This document shows, one piece after another, positions 1-11,685 of a stretch of 64,000 bases of DNA (position 1 is the first letter of the stretch; each line of letters opens with the position of its first letter). The DNA is from Mustelus asterias (Eukaryota): assembly GCF_964213995.1 (NCBI RefSeq), contig NC_135825.1, positions 12,338,001 through 12,402,000 on the forward strand. The letters run 5' to 3'. A program made the position numbers and the translations under genes. The notes under the pieces were generated by a model that worked only from the letters and a program-made list of their open reading frames with translations, ran no database searches and was not told where the DNA came from.

Positions 1-375
1 GTGTGCTCCATGTGCCTATCCAATAACCGCTTAAATGTTCCTAAAGTGTCTGACTCCACAATCACTGCAGGCAGTCCATTCCACACCCCAACCACTCTCT
101 GCGTAAAGAACCTACCTCTGATATCCTTCCTGTACTCCCACCATGAACCTTATAGTTATGCCCACTTGTAATAGCTCCATCCACCCGAGGAAATAGTCTT
201 TGAACGTTCACTCTATCTATCCCTTTCATCATTTTATAAACCTCTATTAAGTCTCCCCTCAGCCTCCTCCGCTCCAGAGAGAACAGCCCTAGCTCCCTCA
301 ACCTTTCCTCATAAGACCTACCCTCCAAACCAGGCAGCATCCTGGTAAATCTCCTCTGCACTCTTTCCAGCCTGT
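1..375 (-). mobile_element. CR1 LINE 3' fragment (C-terminus of ORF2)
   Basis: ORF 62..397(-) contains LERVQRRFTRMLPGL...YEERLRELGLFSLERRRLRGDLIEVYK, the characteristic CR1 ORF2 C-terminal motif. Confidence 0.9.
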
Positions 376-958
376 TTATTTGGTATTTATTTGGCAAATG
401 TCACAATTTCATCAAAGTCAGGGCGGGTTTAAGAATGATCCACCATTTTCTCAAAGCTAATGGAGGAGGCGTAAAAAGCAGCCAATAACTTGTAATTATT
501 TTGATATCTCTTCATTGTCTCAGTTCATTGGCCAGTTTACACACTGTGGTATTTTCAGCAAATTCTGGGTGTTTCTGTTTTCAGCAACAGTGCAGGAAGT
601 GTCAGGGTGAATCACACCTCCCATGATATCAACAACCACACTGAGCGACACTGTCAAAGCCGGACAGTAACTGTCCACAGATCACCAAAGAGGCAGATGT
701 AGAGCTGTGCCTGCTGGAACAAGGAGATCAGCAGCTAAAAGGGATCTTTAGAGCTGGCACAACCAGTGATAGCAGTGGCCAGCTGGGACCTCCATTCTGG
801 AGCTTTCTGAAGGGTGGAATTTCCTGAGGCCTGGCTTGCTACTTTCTTCAATCTTATTTCAATTCCGTATCAGATTTTATTGGATCCGCCTTTCAACATC
901 TCAACAAAGAGCTGGGTGACAGACGATAAATACTGATCGAAACATTGCCAAGATAACA

Positions 959-995
959 ATGTGGATTCTGATTCTTGTCATCTTTTCTCTGCCTG
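959..995 (+). CDS. Receptor gene 1 exon 1: signal peptide (MWILILVIFSLP-G)
   Basis: ATG at 959, hydrophobic 12-mer, phase-1 donor G|gtgagt at 995/996. Joins in frame to exon 3728 to give MWILILVIFSLPGALQA. Near-identical paralogous exons at 55195 and 58235. Confidence 0.9.
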
Positions 996-1691
996 GTGAG
1001 TAAGGGACAAAAATGGATCCCGAGATGATGAGTGTTAGATTAAGTCTAGTGCATGGTTTATCCCGCAGAGATATTTAAATACTTGGAGACATGTAAAGCT
1101 ACAAAAACTCAGCAAAAATAAATTAATGAATTTGTGTGATATTTGTAGCTATTTTGTTGATAGTATTGTACCACAGAAATATTTACCCAGCAAATAGTAA
1201 ACAGCATTATTGATTGTGAATATAAATTAACCTATTTATTTTTGTTAAAAAGCGATATGATTCATATAATTAAAATGCAGAAGCAACACATTTCAGTCCA
1301 GTAAAAGTTAACTTGTTAATGTAGTTTCATGCTCAATATATCCTGGAGACTGGAGGGTTTGATTGGCTCAGTTGTTTGGAGTGCAATGCAGAATGATTCC
1401 AATGGCAGGAGTTCAATCCTCAGAGCGGCTGTGGTAGTTTATGGAAATCTGCCTCCTCACCTTTCCCCATTCCTGTGGAGTGGTGCCCCCCACACTAAAT
1501 GTAACCAATTATCTCTCCCTAATGTTGAGAGATGCCTGTGACCCATTGCAGATTATTGCTCATTGAATTGACTCTGAAGACTGCAGAGGCAACAAAGGCT
1601 CCAGGAAAATATTCCTCAAGTTTGCAATTGTTTCTATTATTTAAATTACATCTGATGAAAGTTTTATCAATCTCTGTCAGTGAGTCTGTTT

Positions 1692-2022
1692 CATAGAATC
1701 CCTACAGTGCACAAGGAGGCCATTCGGCCCATTGAGTCTGCATCAAAGAGCGTGTTACCCATGCCCGTAACGCCACATATTTGCCTCATTAATTTTCTTA
1801 ACCTATACATCTTGGGACAATAAGGGGCGATTTAGCATGGCCAATCAACCTAAACTGAACATCTTTGCAGTGTGGGAGGAAACTGGAGTACCCAGAGGAG
1901 ACCCACACAGAAATAGGGAGAAGGTGCAAACTCCACACAGACAGTCAGCCGAGGCTGGAATTGAACCCGGGTCCCTGGCGCAGTAAGGTAGCAGTGCTCA
2001 CCACTGTGTCAACATGCCACCC
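1692..2022 (-). mobile_element. tRNA-derived SINE (HE1-like)
   Basis: Reverse complement of the SINE seen on + at 52387, 53450 and 61397 (ggtggcac..gtggttagcactgct..ggttcaattcc head; ..gattctatga tail). Confidence 0.8.
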
Positions 2023-2199
2023 AATCACTTGTACATGCTTCGTCTGCTTTGTCCATCCAAGACCTAGTCATTTTCTTCTAATTCTTTAACATTTAACAAA
2101 GTAAATCTAAATTTTCACACCAGCCCCATATTAAATTGATGCTATTATGCTGTCTGCAATGGAATTTTTGATTCATACTGCCAACTCTCCTCCTCAAGA

Positions 2200-2700
2200 T
2201 GAACATTAGAAATAGGAGCAGGAGTTGGCCATTTGTCCCTTTGAGCCTGCTCCATCATTCAACAACATCCTGACTGATCTCCTCAATTCTTATTTCCTGC
2301 ACAATCCCCATACCGCTCGATTATGTTGGTACCAAAAAATTGTATAAATCTCTGTGTTTAATATCCTTCAAGACTGAACATCTAAAGCTCTCTGGGATAG
2401 AAAATTCCAAAGATTTGCAACACCTTGAGTGAATAAAAATCTCATCTCATCCTTCGTGTCTGTCACTTTATTCTGAGACTGTGATCCTGTGATGCAGAAT
2501 GCCCAGCCCTGGTAGGGTGGTACATATATGCTCAAAATGTACCCTGTCAAGCCCCTTCAGAATTGTACACATTTCAATTCAATCACCTTTGATTCTTCCA
2601 ACTGACAGGAAATATGCACCTTGTGGACTCAACCTGTTCCCATCCCATCCCCTTATCCCAGGAACCAGTCTCGGGAATCTTCATTGCACTTTTCCCTGAG
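2200..2700 (-). mobile_element. Degraded CR1 LINE 3' end
   Basis: Minus-strand translation FLFTQGVANLWNFLSQRALDVQS resembles CR1 FFTQRVVxLWNxLP; 3' UTR tail gaacattagaaataggagcagg. Confidence 0.65.
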
Positions 2701-3727
2701 TAATGTGTCATTCCTGGTGCACTGACCTGTGGGGCAGACTGAGGCCCAGATTGCCGTCCCTGGGTCGTGTTCACTGAGTCGGGAAAGGCAATAAAAATGA
2801 GTCGGGACGGGTGACCCGGGAACAAATCCACAGGCTGCTCAGCCCGGAGGTGAGCTGGACACAAGGCCTTTTTCTGTGCCCCAGCGCCATGGTTAATAAA
2901 TAAAATAATGTAAACAATCAAATAATCACTCCGGCCCTGACCGCTCACCAGAGTTTGTCTCAAAGAGTAACTTTCCTCCCCAACGAGTAACTTTCCCCTC
3001 CCAAAGAGTAACTTCCCTCTCCAGAAGGTGTACCCTGGCTGTCCATAAGAATCCACCAAGTTCAGACCTTTTCTTCAATATTCTAATCTGCACATTCCAG
3101 ATTCCACACTCCTGTTCATCCAAAATCCCACTTCAGTCGAGGCAGATGATGAATTTAAGGCAATCCAGAGTTGAACGAATCGCGTGTGTGTGAATGCCAG
3201 CCCGATTGCAGTCCCACTCCCACTCTCCGGGCTTCGAAATTCCAGCCATTCCTGGGATTTTCTCCATGACAGGGAATGTCCAGACCTGGGTGTCAGATTA
3301 ACCTTTCACCTGAAAGACATCACTGAGCTCTGTGAACATGACTGGGGGCAGGAAAATCTGAGCCATCTTGTCCCTCAGTATTACACTGGAATGTTAGTGT
3401 CGGTTTTATACTCCAGTCTCTGGAGTGGGACCTGACCCTGCAATCCACCCATTCAGAGGCGCCAGTGCAAAGCTTGAGTGACAAGGTGACACAATAACAA
3501 TGGCCACTGTACATTAACAAGAAATCATTGTCAGTGAAGGACTTTGGCACTGACAGCACGGCTCTATATTCATGTTTTCATTCATCACAAACCAGAAAGA
3601 GAATGATGAATACAGATATTGGAGAGTTTCCTCTGTACACAGTGGTAAATCTTATTAAAATGTTTCTCTCTGCATTAAGCAGTTATTTACTTGGTCAATC
3701 GCTGAAATGTTGTCTCCTGAGTTTCAG

Positions 3728-4042
3728 GTGCGTTGCAGGCAGAAATGAAATTAACAGGAATTGTGGGAAGATCGATCACAATAAATTGCAAATATAATGG
3801 AAAATACAGACAATATGTGAAATATTGGTGTCAGGGTTGGACTGAACGGTGCTCATATTCAGTGAGAACGGATTATCCAGATGGACGGCGAGGGAGAATG
3901 TCGATCACAGATAACAAGACACAAGCAATATTTGCTGTTACGATGGAGGATCTTCGCCTCGGAGATGCAGGAGGGTACAGCTGTGGTATTGATAAACCTG
4001 GCAAAGATCCAAAGATTGCTGCGGAGCTGCAAATATCTGAGG
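3728..4042 (+). CDS. Gene 1 exon 2: IgV domain V1, CD300/pIgR/TREM-type
   Basis: Acceptor tttcag|3728, donor G|gtacat after 4042. GRSITINCKY...KYWCQGWTERCS...GRMSITDNKTQAIFAVTMEDLRLGDAGGYSCG: B/F-strand Cys, C-strand Trp and the second Cys pair (WCx6C) typical of CD300/pIgR V domains. Confidence 0.92.
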
Positions 4043-4585
4043 GTACATTATTCTCAATGATTTTCTTTATTACTGAAATGTCTGATCCATGTTTTACCCA
4101 CAAGGAAACATTGACAGCTCCGATATCCCGAGGCTCTGCAGCAATGCAGAGTCTGGCAGCCAGAGGGCAGAGATCTGGAAATCCGACTCTTGTGACACAA
4201 ACTCAATTCGTGGCCTGTCCAACATTCTGATCAAAAACTTCAAACATAATCAGACAAACAATTCCTTTAACTATAGGATATTGTGAAATACATTACCTGT
4301 GATTCTCAGAATATTTTCCTGTCTCTGAAATGTATTAAATATCACACTGTCAGATTTTTACAGTCCGGATCAATCCAACAGTCAGACATTAACAAAGTGA
4401 AGTGAGCAGCCAGTTGGCAGTAATTGTACTTGTTGGTTTAGCGCTGAATGGTGGGGCTGTGGGGGTGGGTGGGGGAGCACAGAGAGGGTTACATACACAG
4501 AATTTGACAATATGTTGGGAAGCCAGTCAAACTCCCAACATCCGGATGTATCCGCAATGTGTCAGTTTGTGCTTCTTTCAAATAA

Positions 4586-4967
4586 TGTGGAGATGCCGGC
4601 GTTGGACTGGGGTAAACACAGTAAGAAGTTTAACAACACCAGGTTAAAGTCCAACAGGTTTATTTGGTAGCAAAAGCCACACAAGCTTTCGAGGCTCTAA
4701 GCCCCTTCTTCAGGTGAGTGGGAATTCTGTTCACAAACAGAACTTATAAAGACACAGACTCAATTTACATGAATAATGGTTGGAATGCGAATATTCGCAT
4801 TCCAACCATTATTCATGTAAATTGAGTCTGTGTCTTTATAAGTTCTGTTTGTGAACAGAATTCCCACTCACCTGAAGAAGGGGCTTAGAGCCTCGAAAGC
4901 TTGTGTGGCTTTTGCTACCAAATAAACCTGTTGGACTTTAACCTGGTGTTGGTAAACTTCTTACTGT
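4586..4967. mobile_element. Penelope-like element terminal repeat inserted as a head-to-head palindrome
   Basis: Arms 4618-4792 and 4793-4967 are reverse complements (one mismatch seen), with no spacer. Flanked by the 11-bp TSD CTTTCAAATAA (4575-4585, 4968-4978). Same sequence family at 9949-10155. Contains a ctgaaga..gaaa hammerhead-like core. Confidence 0.8.
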
Positions 4968-5079
4968 CTTTCAAATAAGCCACTGAAAACGCAGGGTGAA
5001 GCTGACAGATTAAAAGTTAACAAATTGGCAAATTTAACAATTAAATAATCCAAAATGGTGAAAGCCCCTTAAAGGGATC

Positions 5080-5612
5080 AAAGAACAAAGAACAGTACAG
5101 CACAGGAACAGGCCCTTCGGCCCTCCATGCTGCACCGATCACATTTATCTATCTAGACCAACCGTTTATATCCCTGTATTCCCTGTTTGTTCATATGTCT
5201 GTCAAGATAAGTCTTAAATGTGGCTAATGTAATTACCTCAACCACCTCACTTGTGAGTGCGTTCCAAGCCCCCACCACCCTCTGTGTAAAAAAGTTCCCC
5301 CGCACATCTCCACTGAACCTTTCCCCAATTATCTTGAACTTGTGCCCCCTTGTAATTGTCATTTCTGCCCTGGAAAAAAGCTTCCAACTGTTCACCACAT
5401 CGATACCTCTCATAATTTTATAAACTTCTATCAGGTCGCCCCTCAGACTCCGTCTTTCCAGGGGGAACAATCTCAGCTCATTCAAACTCTCCTCATAGTT
5501 AATACCCTCCATACCAGGCAACATCCTGGTAAACCTTTTCTGCAATCTCTCCAAAGCCTCCACGTCCTTCTGGTTGTGTGGGACCAGAATTGGACAAGTA
5601 TTCCAAATATTC
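5080..5612 (-). mobile_element. CR1 LINE 3' fragment
   Basis: ORF 5153..5698(-): KDVEALERLQKRFTRMLPGMEGINYEE...RGDLIEVYKIMRG...FFTQRVVGAWNAL. Confidence 0.9.
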
Positions 5613-6014
5613 CAAATGATCATAAAAATCTCCAAGGAAACTTTAAATGTGTCAATCAGTGTGTGATCAAATCCCCCCAGTGAGAGACGAGTTACCAATT
5701 TCAGTCTATTAATCGCTCAGTGAGTGCAATTAGTGAAATCTAACTGTGGCTGCTCGGGTTACTGAGCAAGGGCAGAAGACAGAGGCAATGGGGGAGGCTG
5801 AAGAAGTGACTGGGAAAGATGCCAAGAAGCACTGGAACCTCACTGCTTATTTCTAGCCTGATTGTGTGAAAGGTTTAATATCAGTATTTACAGGTTGTTG
5901 TCTTTCACGAGAATGGTGATAATGTGTATTTCTGGGTTATATTTTGGTGATTGTATCTATCAGATCAGCACGGGTGGTTCTCAGGCTGTTTTATTTTGGG
6001 CTTCAGATGAGGAC

Positions 6015-6651
6015 TGTTGTGGGAAATGTACCACTGAGTCAGGCTTGAAGGTTTCAAGAATACAGTTTTATTTTCACGAAGCTTCGTGGAGAAAGGGCAC
6101 TAACAAGCAGCAAACCTTCTCTCAATGAGACAATAGGAGCAGTCCATCTTTACACCCTTTACACAGTAGATGGACCGGACATCTAGCCATTATCACATCA
6201 TTGTAATCAAGTAGGTGATCGATCGTTAACACATCGTTATAGACAAATACAGACAGACACAGACATAAGCATGTTAACATCGCATTGTTCTATGAATGGA
6301 TACATTTCCTACGTCAGTGACCATCAATGGTTTTAGTTTCAGTCTGTTCATACAGCAATTTACAGTAATTGGTTTTCCTGCAGTTATGTATTCCCGATCC
6401 CACCTGTAGCTAATCTCGTTATCCAACCCTATTGTGCTTATCCTAAAGAGTGCCTCAAACCCTGGCTGGCTTCCTGCAGGATTTGATTCCTGCACGTTTA
6501 ACTTTGAATGACTGTCTGTCCTTTATGTTTTAATCTCAGGTGGCTGTCTGTATTGAAAGTCAATGCCTGTTTAATGTCTCTTTCCCAGGTGACTGTTTGT
6601 GTGCCAGGCAGCCATCTTATGTGTACCCATCTGTATATTTTTCCCACTTCA
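6015..6651 (-). repeat. ERV 3' LTR
   Basis: 637-bp direct repeat of 13666-14293; immediately preceded on the minus strand by the polypurine tract. Confidence 0.95.
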
Positions 6652-6663
6652 GTCCCCACTTTT
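6652..6663 (-). other. ERV polypurine tract
   Basis: Minus strand AAAAGTGGGGAC abuts TGAAG, the start of the 3' LTR. Confidence 0.8.
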
Positions 6664-6704
6664 GGTCGGATTATGAGTTTCACTAATCCTGAGACCAACA
6701 ATTT

Positions 6705-8134
6705 TTATATGTATAATTCTTTGTTCTTCTTCTTTCCTTCTTCGTTTCTTCTGATGTCTTCGGGGATCTTCATCGGGGTTTCTTCTTCGACGTATACACT
6801 GGCTCCTGGCACAATTCTAGTCACCATCACCTTGCAACAGACTTTTAGGCATCCAACAATTAGACACCAGACAATTACAATTGAAATGAGCATGACCAAT
6901 CCATGTAATAAGTAAGATTCCCAGGACCCCCCCACTACCCATTCCAGCCAGTTACTTCCTTTCTTGGGTCCCTGTCTGAAGCTATCAAGTTGTTCTCTGA
7001 TGCTATTGATGACCTGTGTAATGTTATAGGACTCGTCTGTGACATGGGTTCTGCATTTATTGCCTATAATTGTACACACTCCCCCTTGTTGTGCTAACTG
7101 ATAGTCCACTGCATATCGTGTCTGTTGTGCATATAATCTCAGTTCAGCCATTTCGTGGTTAACAGCCTCCAGTGCTTTTGAAGTCCTGTTTCCCAGGACT
7201 GTTAGTCCACAAACAATATGATTCCTATTCTTTGCACTAATCACTCCTGCTGCCCCGCCCCCCCGCCCCGCCCCCCCATAGATAAGGCTCCAAGGAACCC
7301 ATATCCCAGTGAAGATCCTATTGTGCCTGGGGCTTCCCAGTCAGCGCAGCATTCTTTGCTGATAGCCCAAATTACTATTCTCCTCCGAATATGCCACTTC
7401 TGAGGGCATGGAACAGTCAGTGGTCCGATTGTTCCTGCTGCAAAACGGTTTGGGAGGTTTGGTATTTCTATCATGTAAGTACCATTGAAGAGCAACACAT
7501 ATCCCTTCTTAGCCCGGTAACATTTAGTGTCTTGATTATGAGTTTGCTCATATTGCCGGTTGTTCGGTTTACTTGACTCCCCGTTTGATCCCACCACCTG
7601 GTAAGTATCAAATGGGTATGTCCATTTGGCTGAGCTTACGTGAGTTCCATTGCATTGTCCACAAATAAGCTGTTTTCCTGCGGTTATATTCAGACATTTC
7701 TGTTCATCACAAGTGCAAGTAAACTGTCCCTTATTAACCCGACAATGTTGATGGACACACTGTGTCTATACGCAGGAATCATTCTTTGGGACCAAGGCAT
7801 AGGCACATCCCCATCCCTGCCCCGTAAAACAAAGCGGATAGCTTGCAGCATCTGAACAAGCTTTTCCTCCCACCTGTTGGATCTTTGGGGTTTACAAGTC
7901 CCACACATCTCCCCTGTATACTTCTTTTATATTTGCCAATTTGTCCCTTACATGATGTATCTGATGTATCTACAGTATATAAGTCATGAGGGGTTCACCC
8001 AGGGGTGGCTACAAATAGGGCTTCTACCGATTGTGCTAGCGGGTAACATACAGTTCAATTCCCGTGTCCAATCCAGTCAAAGTTACAGTCGCGACAACGC
8101 AAAATAGTACAGTTACATACCCGATTACATACAT
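6705..8134 (-). pseudogene. env: ERV env (frameshifted; SU and TM)
   Basis: Signal-like MYVIGYVTVLFCVVATV from 8134; basic cleavage region HIRRR; fusion-peptide-like GSSLGYGFLGALSMGG; ISD-like QQTRYAVDYQLAQQGGVC; CTIIGNKC(R) as a decayed CX6CC; hydrophobic TM LLHGLVMLISIVIVWCLIVGCL. Confidence 0.88.
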
Positions 8135-8282
8135 ATTCGCAATGATCAAATATCAAACCTAACACTATAATTCATATAATCTTTACAAGTTATATTATCT
8201 ATCACCCTGTGCGCGCCAGTCATTCTTGCTTGCAGTCTTTGCCTGTGTTGAGGAAAGCATTTTCGTTAGTTCATCAATTTAA

Positions 8283-11200
8283 TTACTTATTTGTTCTCTT
8301 GTGTAATTTTAGCTGTGTCCAGTGTTTCCAGACCCCTTTCCCTCTTATGTCTATACAGGCACAGGTGTCTCCACTAATTATAACTTCATATGGCCCATTC
8401 CATTTTGGTGCAAACCCTGGTTTGTCAGGTAATGTTTTTACGAGGACTCGACTTCCCACTGTTGGGACGTCAGGGAGCATTTCAAGCTCTCTCTCTGCGT
8501 CTTTTATTTCCTGATTGTCCTTTACCAATTTGCGCATCCCTTTTAGTTGGGTGCTCAGTTCCAATACATATCTCCTGATTTTATCTTTTAGTGGACCTAC
8601 ATCAGTCCCACCTGTTCTGATGCTTTCGGGTAATTGCATCGCCCGTCCTGTCATTCGCTCATGAGAGGTTAATCCGGTTGTCCGGTTTGTGGTAGCTCTT
8701 AATCTCATTAGTATAGTGGGCAATACGCCTGTCCACATTTTTCCTGATGTTTGTATGGCTTTAGCTAGTGCATGTTTCAGTGTTCTATTCATACATTCCA
8801 CCATTCCAGAACTCTGTGGGTGGTAAGGGATGTGAAATTTTTGTTTTATCCCCATTAATTGGCATACTGTTTTTACCACCTTTCCAGTGAAGTGCGTCCC
8901 TTGGTCCGAATCGATTTGTAGGGGTACACCCCATCTAGGGATTACCTCTTCTGCCAATATTCTAGCCACCGTGGTAGCAGTACAATTTGTAGTAGGGAAT
9001 GCTTCTACCCACCTGGTGAACTGGTCTATAATAACCAGACAATAAGTTTTGCCATGGGATTGTGGTAGTGGCCGTGTGAAATCTATTTGCAGATGTTCCC
9101 TTTGGTCTCGGCTGGTGTCCCATTTAAATTTTATGGGTCTACCAGGGTTGTGTTGCGCGCATGTCATGCATCGGTGACAGTGTCGGGCTATATCTCTTCC
9201 CATTCCTTTCCACCACCATTCCTTTCCTATACTAGTTATCATGACTCTCGACCTACTTGTGAGAGTCCATGGTATAGTTCCAATAAGGTGTTTTGTATGC
9301 ACTCTGGTGCTATTACCTTATCTTCCCGTTTCCAAATGTTATCAGTCCCTTTGGCTGCTCCCTGTGCTTCCCACTTCTCCTTTTCCTCCCTTGGGGTATC
9401 CTCATGTAATTCCCGAATATCTATTTTGTCTCCTGTCTGTTCTGTTGCTGCTATTGGCAGCTCGCCAATTGTCTCCTGTCCTGAGGATCACTGTGCCGCC
9501 CTGTCTGCGGCTTGGTTCCCTTTGAAATTGAACCAGTCCGGGTTATCTCTTCCTGGTTCTTTCTGGTGCGCTTTAATTTTGATTACTGCGGTTTCTCGAG
9601 GTTTCTCGCTAGCTCTCAATAATGCCTCAATTCTTTGCTGGTGCTTAATAGGGGTCCCTCCTGTGGTTATGAACCCTCTTCTTCCCCATGCTGCCATGTA
9701 GTCATGTATGACCCCGAATGCATAGCGACTGTCTGTATAGATGTTTACCGTTTTACCTTCAGATAACTCTAGTGCCTGTGAGAGTGCCACTAGTTCTGCC
9801 ACTTGCGCGGATAGACCTCCGTCAATCCTTTCTGACCTTACTGTCTCTAATTTGTCATTCACTACTGCCCACCCTGTGCGGGGTGATACTTCCACATATT
9901 TGCGTGACCCATCCACAAAAAAGGTCTCCTTGGCTGTTATTAAGGGAACGCATTCCAACCATTATTCATGTAAATTGAGTCTGTGTCTTTATATGCCCTG
10001 TTTGTGAACAGAATTCCCACTCACCTGAAGAAGGGGCTTGGAGCTCCGAATGCTTGTGTGGCTTTTGCTACCAAATAAACCTGTTGGACTTTAACCTGGT
10101 GTTGTTAAACTTCTTACTGTGTTTAACCCAGTCCAATGCCGGCATCTCCACATCATCTCTTTCTGTCGCCATGGTCTTGTGTTACCATGGCGGAATAGAA
10201 CCCTCCCTCATTACTACAATGGATATGGAAGTCCTTATTAGAATCGGGTAATCCTAGTCCAGGGGTTGATATCAGTTCTGTTTTCAGTTTAGTGTAAGCC
10301 TCTTCCTGCTCGGGTCCCCATTCTACAGGATCCAAAGCTGGTTTTCCCCCATTGACTCGTCTTTGTATGGGTTCTGCTAATTTTGCGAACTCTGGGATGA
10401 AACTGGGGCTATAGTTGAATAGTCCGAGCATCTTTCTGACCCCTCTTCCAGTGATGGGTCACGGAATTTGTTGTATTGCCTTCTTTCGGTCCGTTGGCAT
10501 TTCTTTAAGTCCTTGGGATATAAGGCGTCCTCGGTATAGGACCTGTGTTTTCCCGATTTGTGCCTTTTTGGGGCTCACCTTTAACCCTGCGGCTTTTAAT
10601 TCATTCAGTACTAAATCTAAGGCTTCTTGATGTCCTGACTTGGACTCCGAAGCTATCAGGATATCATCTACATATTGTAGGACCGTACTACCCTCTGGCA
10701 GTTCTACCCGGTTCAGGATGTCACTCATTGCTCGATGGAATATAGCGGGGCTGTTGTGGAATCCCTGTGGTGAATGAGTCCAAGTGTACTGCCTGTCTCC
10801 CACTGGAAAGGCAAATTTGTCTTGGGATTCAGGATCCAATGGTAAGGACCAGAATCCATTGGCTACATCCAACACTGTGAATATTTTATGCTCCTGTACA
10901 GTCCATTCAGGATTGTCGAAGGGCTTGCTACAATGGGGTGCAATTTGGACGTGACTTTATTGAGTCCGGTGTAATCTATCGTGAGCCTATAGCTTCCGTC
11001 AGGCTTGCTCACTGGCCATGCTGGGGAGTTAGTGGTGCTTGTGGTTTCTCCCAGAATCCCCCTTTCCACTAACCCTTTAACGATCTCCACTGCAGCTTTC
11101 TCTGCCTCTGGTTTGATTGGGTATTGTCGGTGTGGCTTATGCTCCGGTCCCGGGACCTTTATTGAGTCCGTTTTAGTCAAACCGGTTTCTAACTTCGTTT

Positions 11201-11637
11201 TAGCCCATACTCCAGGGACGGAGGCACAGATGGCTCCAAACCCTCCTGTTTCTAATTCCCAATTTCTGGTGGTGACTGTGGCCACCTTAATAGTTTTGAG
11301 GTGACTTGTAAGTTTCCCTATTCTAGTTTTCTGACCGTCCTGTGTTGGCCAGATTAATTCTCCCTTTCCAGTCTATCAGAATCTCCTTTTCTTTCTTCAG
11401 ATCATTTCCCATTATTGTACCCTCGTTATTTTTGCACACATAAAACCTCATTGGTATGTACAGATTATTTATCTCTACTAAGGTGGTCTCGCTCAGGTAG
11501 GCGGGTGTTTTGTTCTCTCCTATCCCGGTCAGGTAAATCACTTTATTTGTAGTGGGTAAGGGTAGGTCGGTGACAGATATGGACACTCCTGTGTCCACTA
11601 GCATCTCACATTGTCTGCCCCCTACTTGTGCTGACAC
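8283..11637 (-). pseudogene. pol: ERV pro-pol (protease, RT, tether, RNase H, integrase), multiply frameshifted and interrupted
   Basis: LVDTG protease; QYPIKPE, LDVANGFWSLPL, PQGFHNSP and LQYVDD in RT; FFVDGS, AQVAELVAL and NIYTDSRYAFG in RNase H; HCHRCMTC, HLQIDF, WVEAFP, DSDQGTHF, HPQSSGMVE and KWNGPYEV in integrase. Confidence 0.95.
9949..10155 (+). mobile_element. Penelope-like terminal-repeat fragment inserted in ERV pol
   Basis: Matches the arm of the 4586-4967 element and sits between the tether (..DHGDRKR) and RNase H (CVPLITAK..) segments. Confidence 0.8.
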
Positions 11638-11685
11638 GTAAATCCTTCCCTCCTTCTTACCCTTGTGAATGGGGGCTGCAGACCG

